Below are positions 47,627 through 47,943 of a stretch of DNA of 47,943 nucleotides, one piece after another (position 1 is the stretch's first letter; the number at the start of each line of letters is the position of its first letter). Under the pieces are notes generated by a model. It was not told where the DNA came from and made no database searches. It saw nothing but the letters and a program-made list of their open reading frames with translations. The stretch spans positions 1-47,943 of the forward strand of contig CAMJNS010000006.1 in assembly GCA_946407375.1 (NCBI GenBank), read 5' to 3'. Made by a program: the position numbers and the translations under genes. The DNA is from an uncultured bacterium (GTDB lineage Bacteria > Muiribacteriota > Ozemobacteria > Ozemobacterales > Ozemobacteraceae).

Positions 47627-47943
47627 ATGGAAGTAAAACCAAAGATTTCAACATACTTAATAATAATAGTAATTTTCTTGTTTTTAGTTTTAGCTTTAAG
47701 TATATATAGTTTGCTTTCTTCTGAAAAATTAACAGTATTCGCAATCAATACTTTAGCCGAAAAGTTTATTCCTGCTGATAAGCTAAATATCAAAATTGGT
47801 AAAATACAAGGCTGTTTATTAGAGGGAATAAAAATAGACCGAATAAACCTCAAACATGTTAAGCCTAATTTTGAAGCAACCATAAGCAATTTTGCTTTTA
47901 AACCTTCTTACGACAGTATTCTAGATAAGGGTTCAATTCAATT
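47627..47943 (+). CDS. Membrane-anchored protein, possibly AsmA/TamB-like (runs off the right edge)
   Basis: ATG 47627: MEVKPKISTYLIIIVIFLFLVLALSIYSLL...IKIGKIQGCLLEGIKID, open to the window end. Confidence 0.6.
   Translation, partial: MEVKPKISTYLIIIVIFLFLVLALSIYSLLSSEKLTVFAINTLAEKFIPADKLNIKIGKIQGCLLEGIKIDRINLKHVKPNFEATISNFAFKPSYDSILDKGSIQ

Noticed and set aside
47559-47889. Two minus-strand ORFs at the right edge
   Set aside because: Antisense to a more plausible plus-strand membrane-protein ORF starting at 47627.
1-47943. tRNA, rRNA, prophage or intact transposase genes
   Set aside because: No cloverleaf/T-loop signatures in the intergenic gaps and no phage, integrase or transposase ORFs seen by eye.

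Overview
AT-rich bacterial chromosome segment (roughly 30% GC by eye) made mostly of housekeeping genes. The lineage is not determined; gene style is compatible with a deep-branching, poorly studied group such as Ca. Riflebacteria, but that is only a guess. Left part, minus strand: orphan LivK-like binding protein, beta-propeller protein, ligA, DUF2225, a LeuRS-derived protein lacking its catalytic core, comEA and comEC. Next come a three-gene pilin-like cluster, a minus-strand block (Tubulin_2-type protein, TPR protein, hfq, then an unannotated sigma54-promoter small RNA), a BMP binding protein, tandem galT paralogues, a Zn/wHTH-like protein and an extremely acidic protein. A long plus-strand run follows: ffh-rpsP-khpA-rimM-trmD-rplS-lepB-ylqF-phoH-7TM/HD-ybeY-CNNM-DUF502. 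A 1.4 kb accessory patch then carries REP-like repeats and a type III toxin-antitoxin locus (ToxIN/AbiQ-like) whose toxin has one in-frame stop. The right end has DUF3048, era, a pseudo-cyclase/HEAT protein, an NtrC-family regulator, and a sigma54-promoter EIIA plus a degenerate RsbW-like gene. Best leads: the sigma54 sRNA with an anti-Shine-Dalgarno loop beside hfq, the disrupted type III TA, the catalytically empty LeuRS paralogue, the stand-alone tubulin-like protein, and the pseudo-enzyme sigma54 signalling module. All family calls come from motif recognition by eye; no searches were run.
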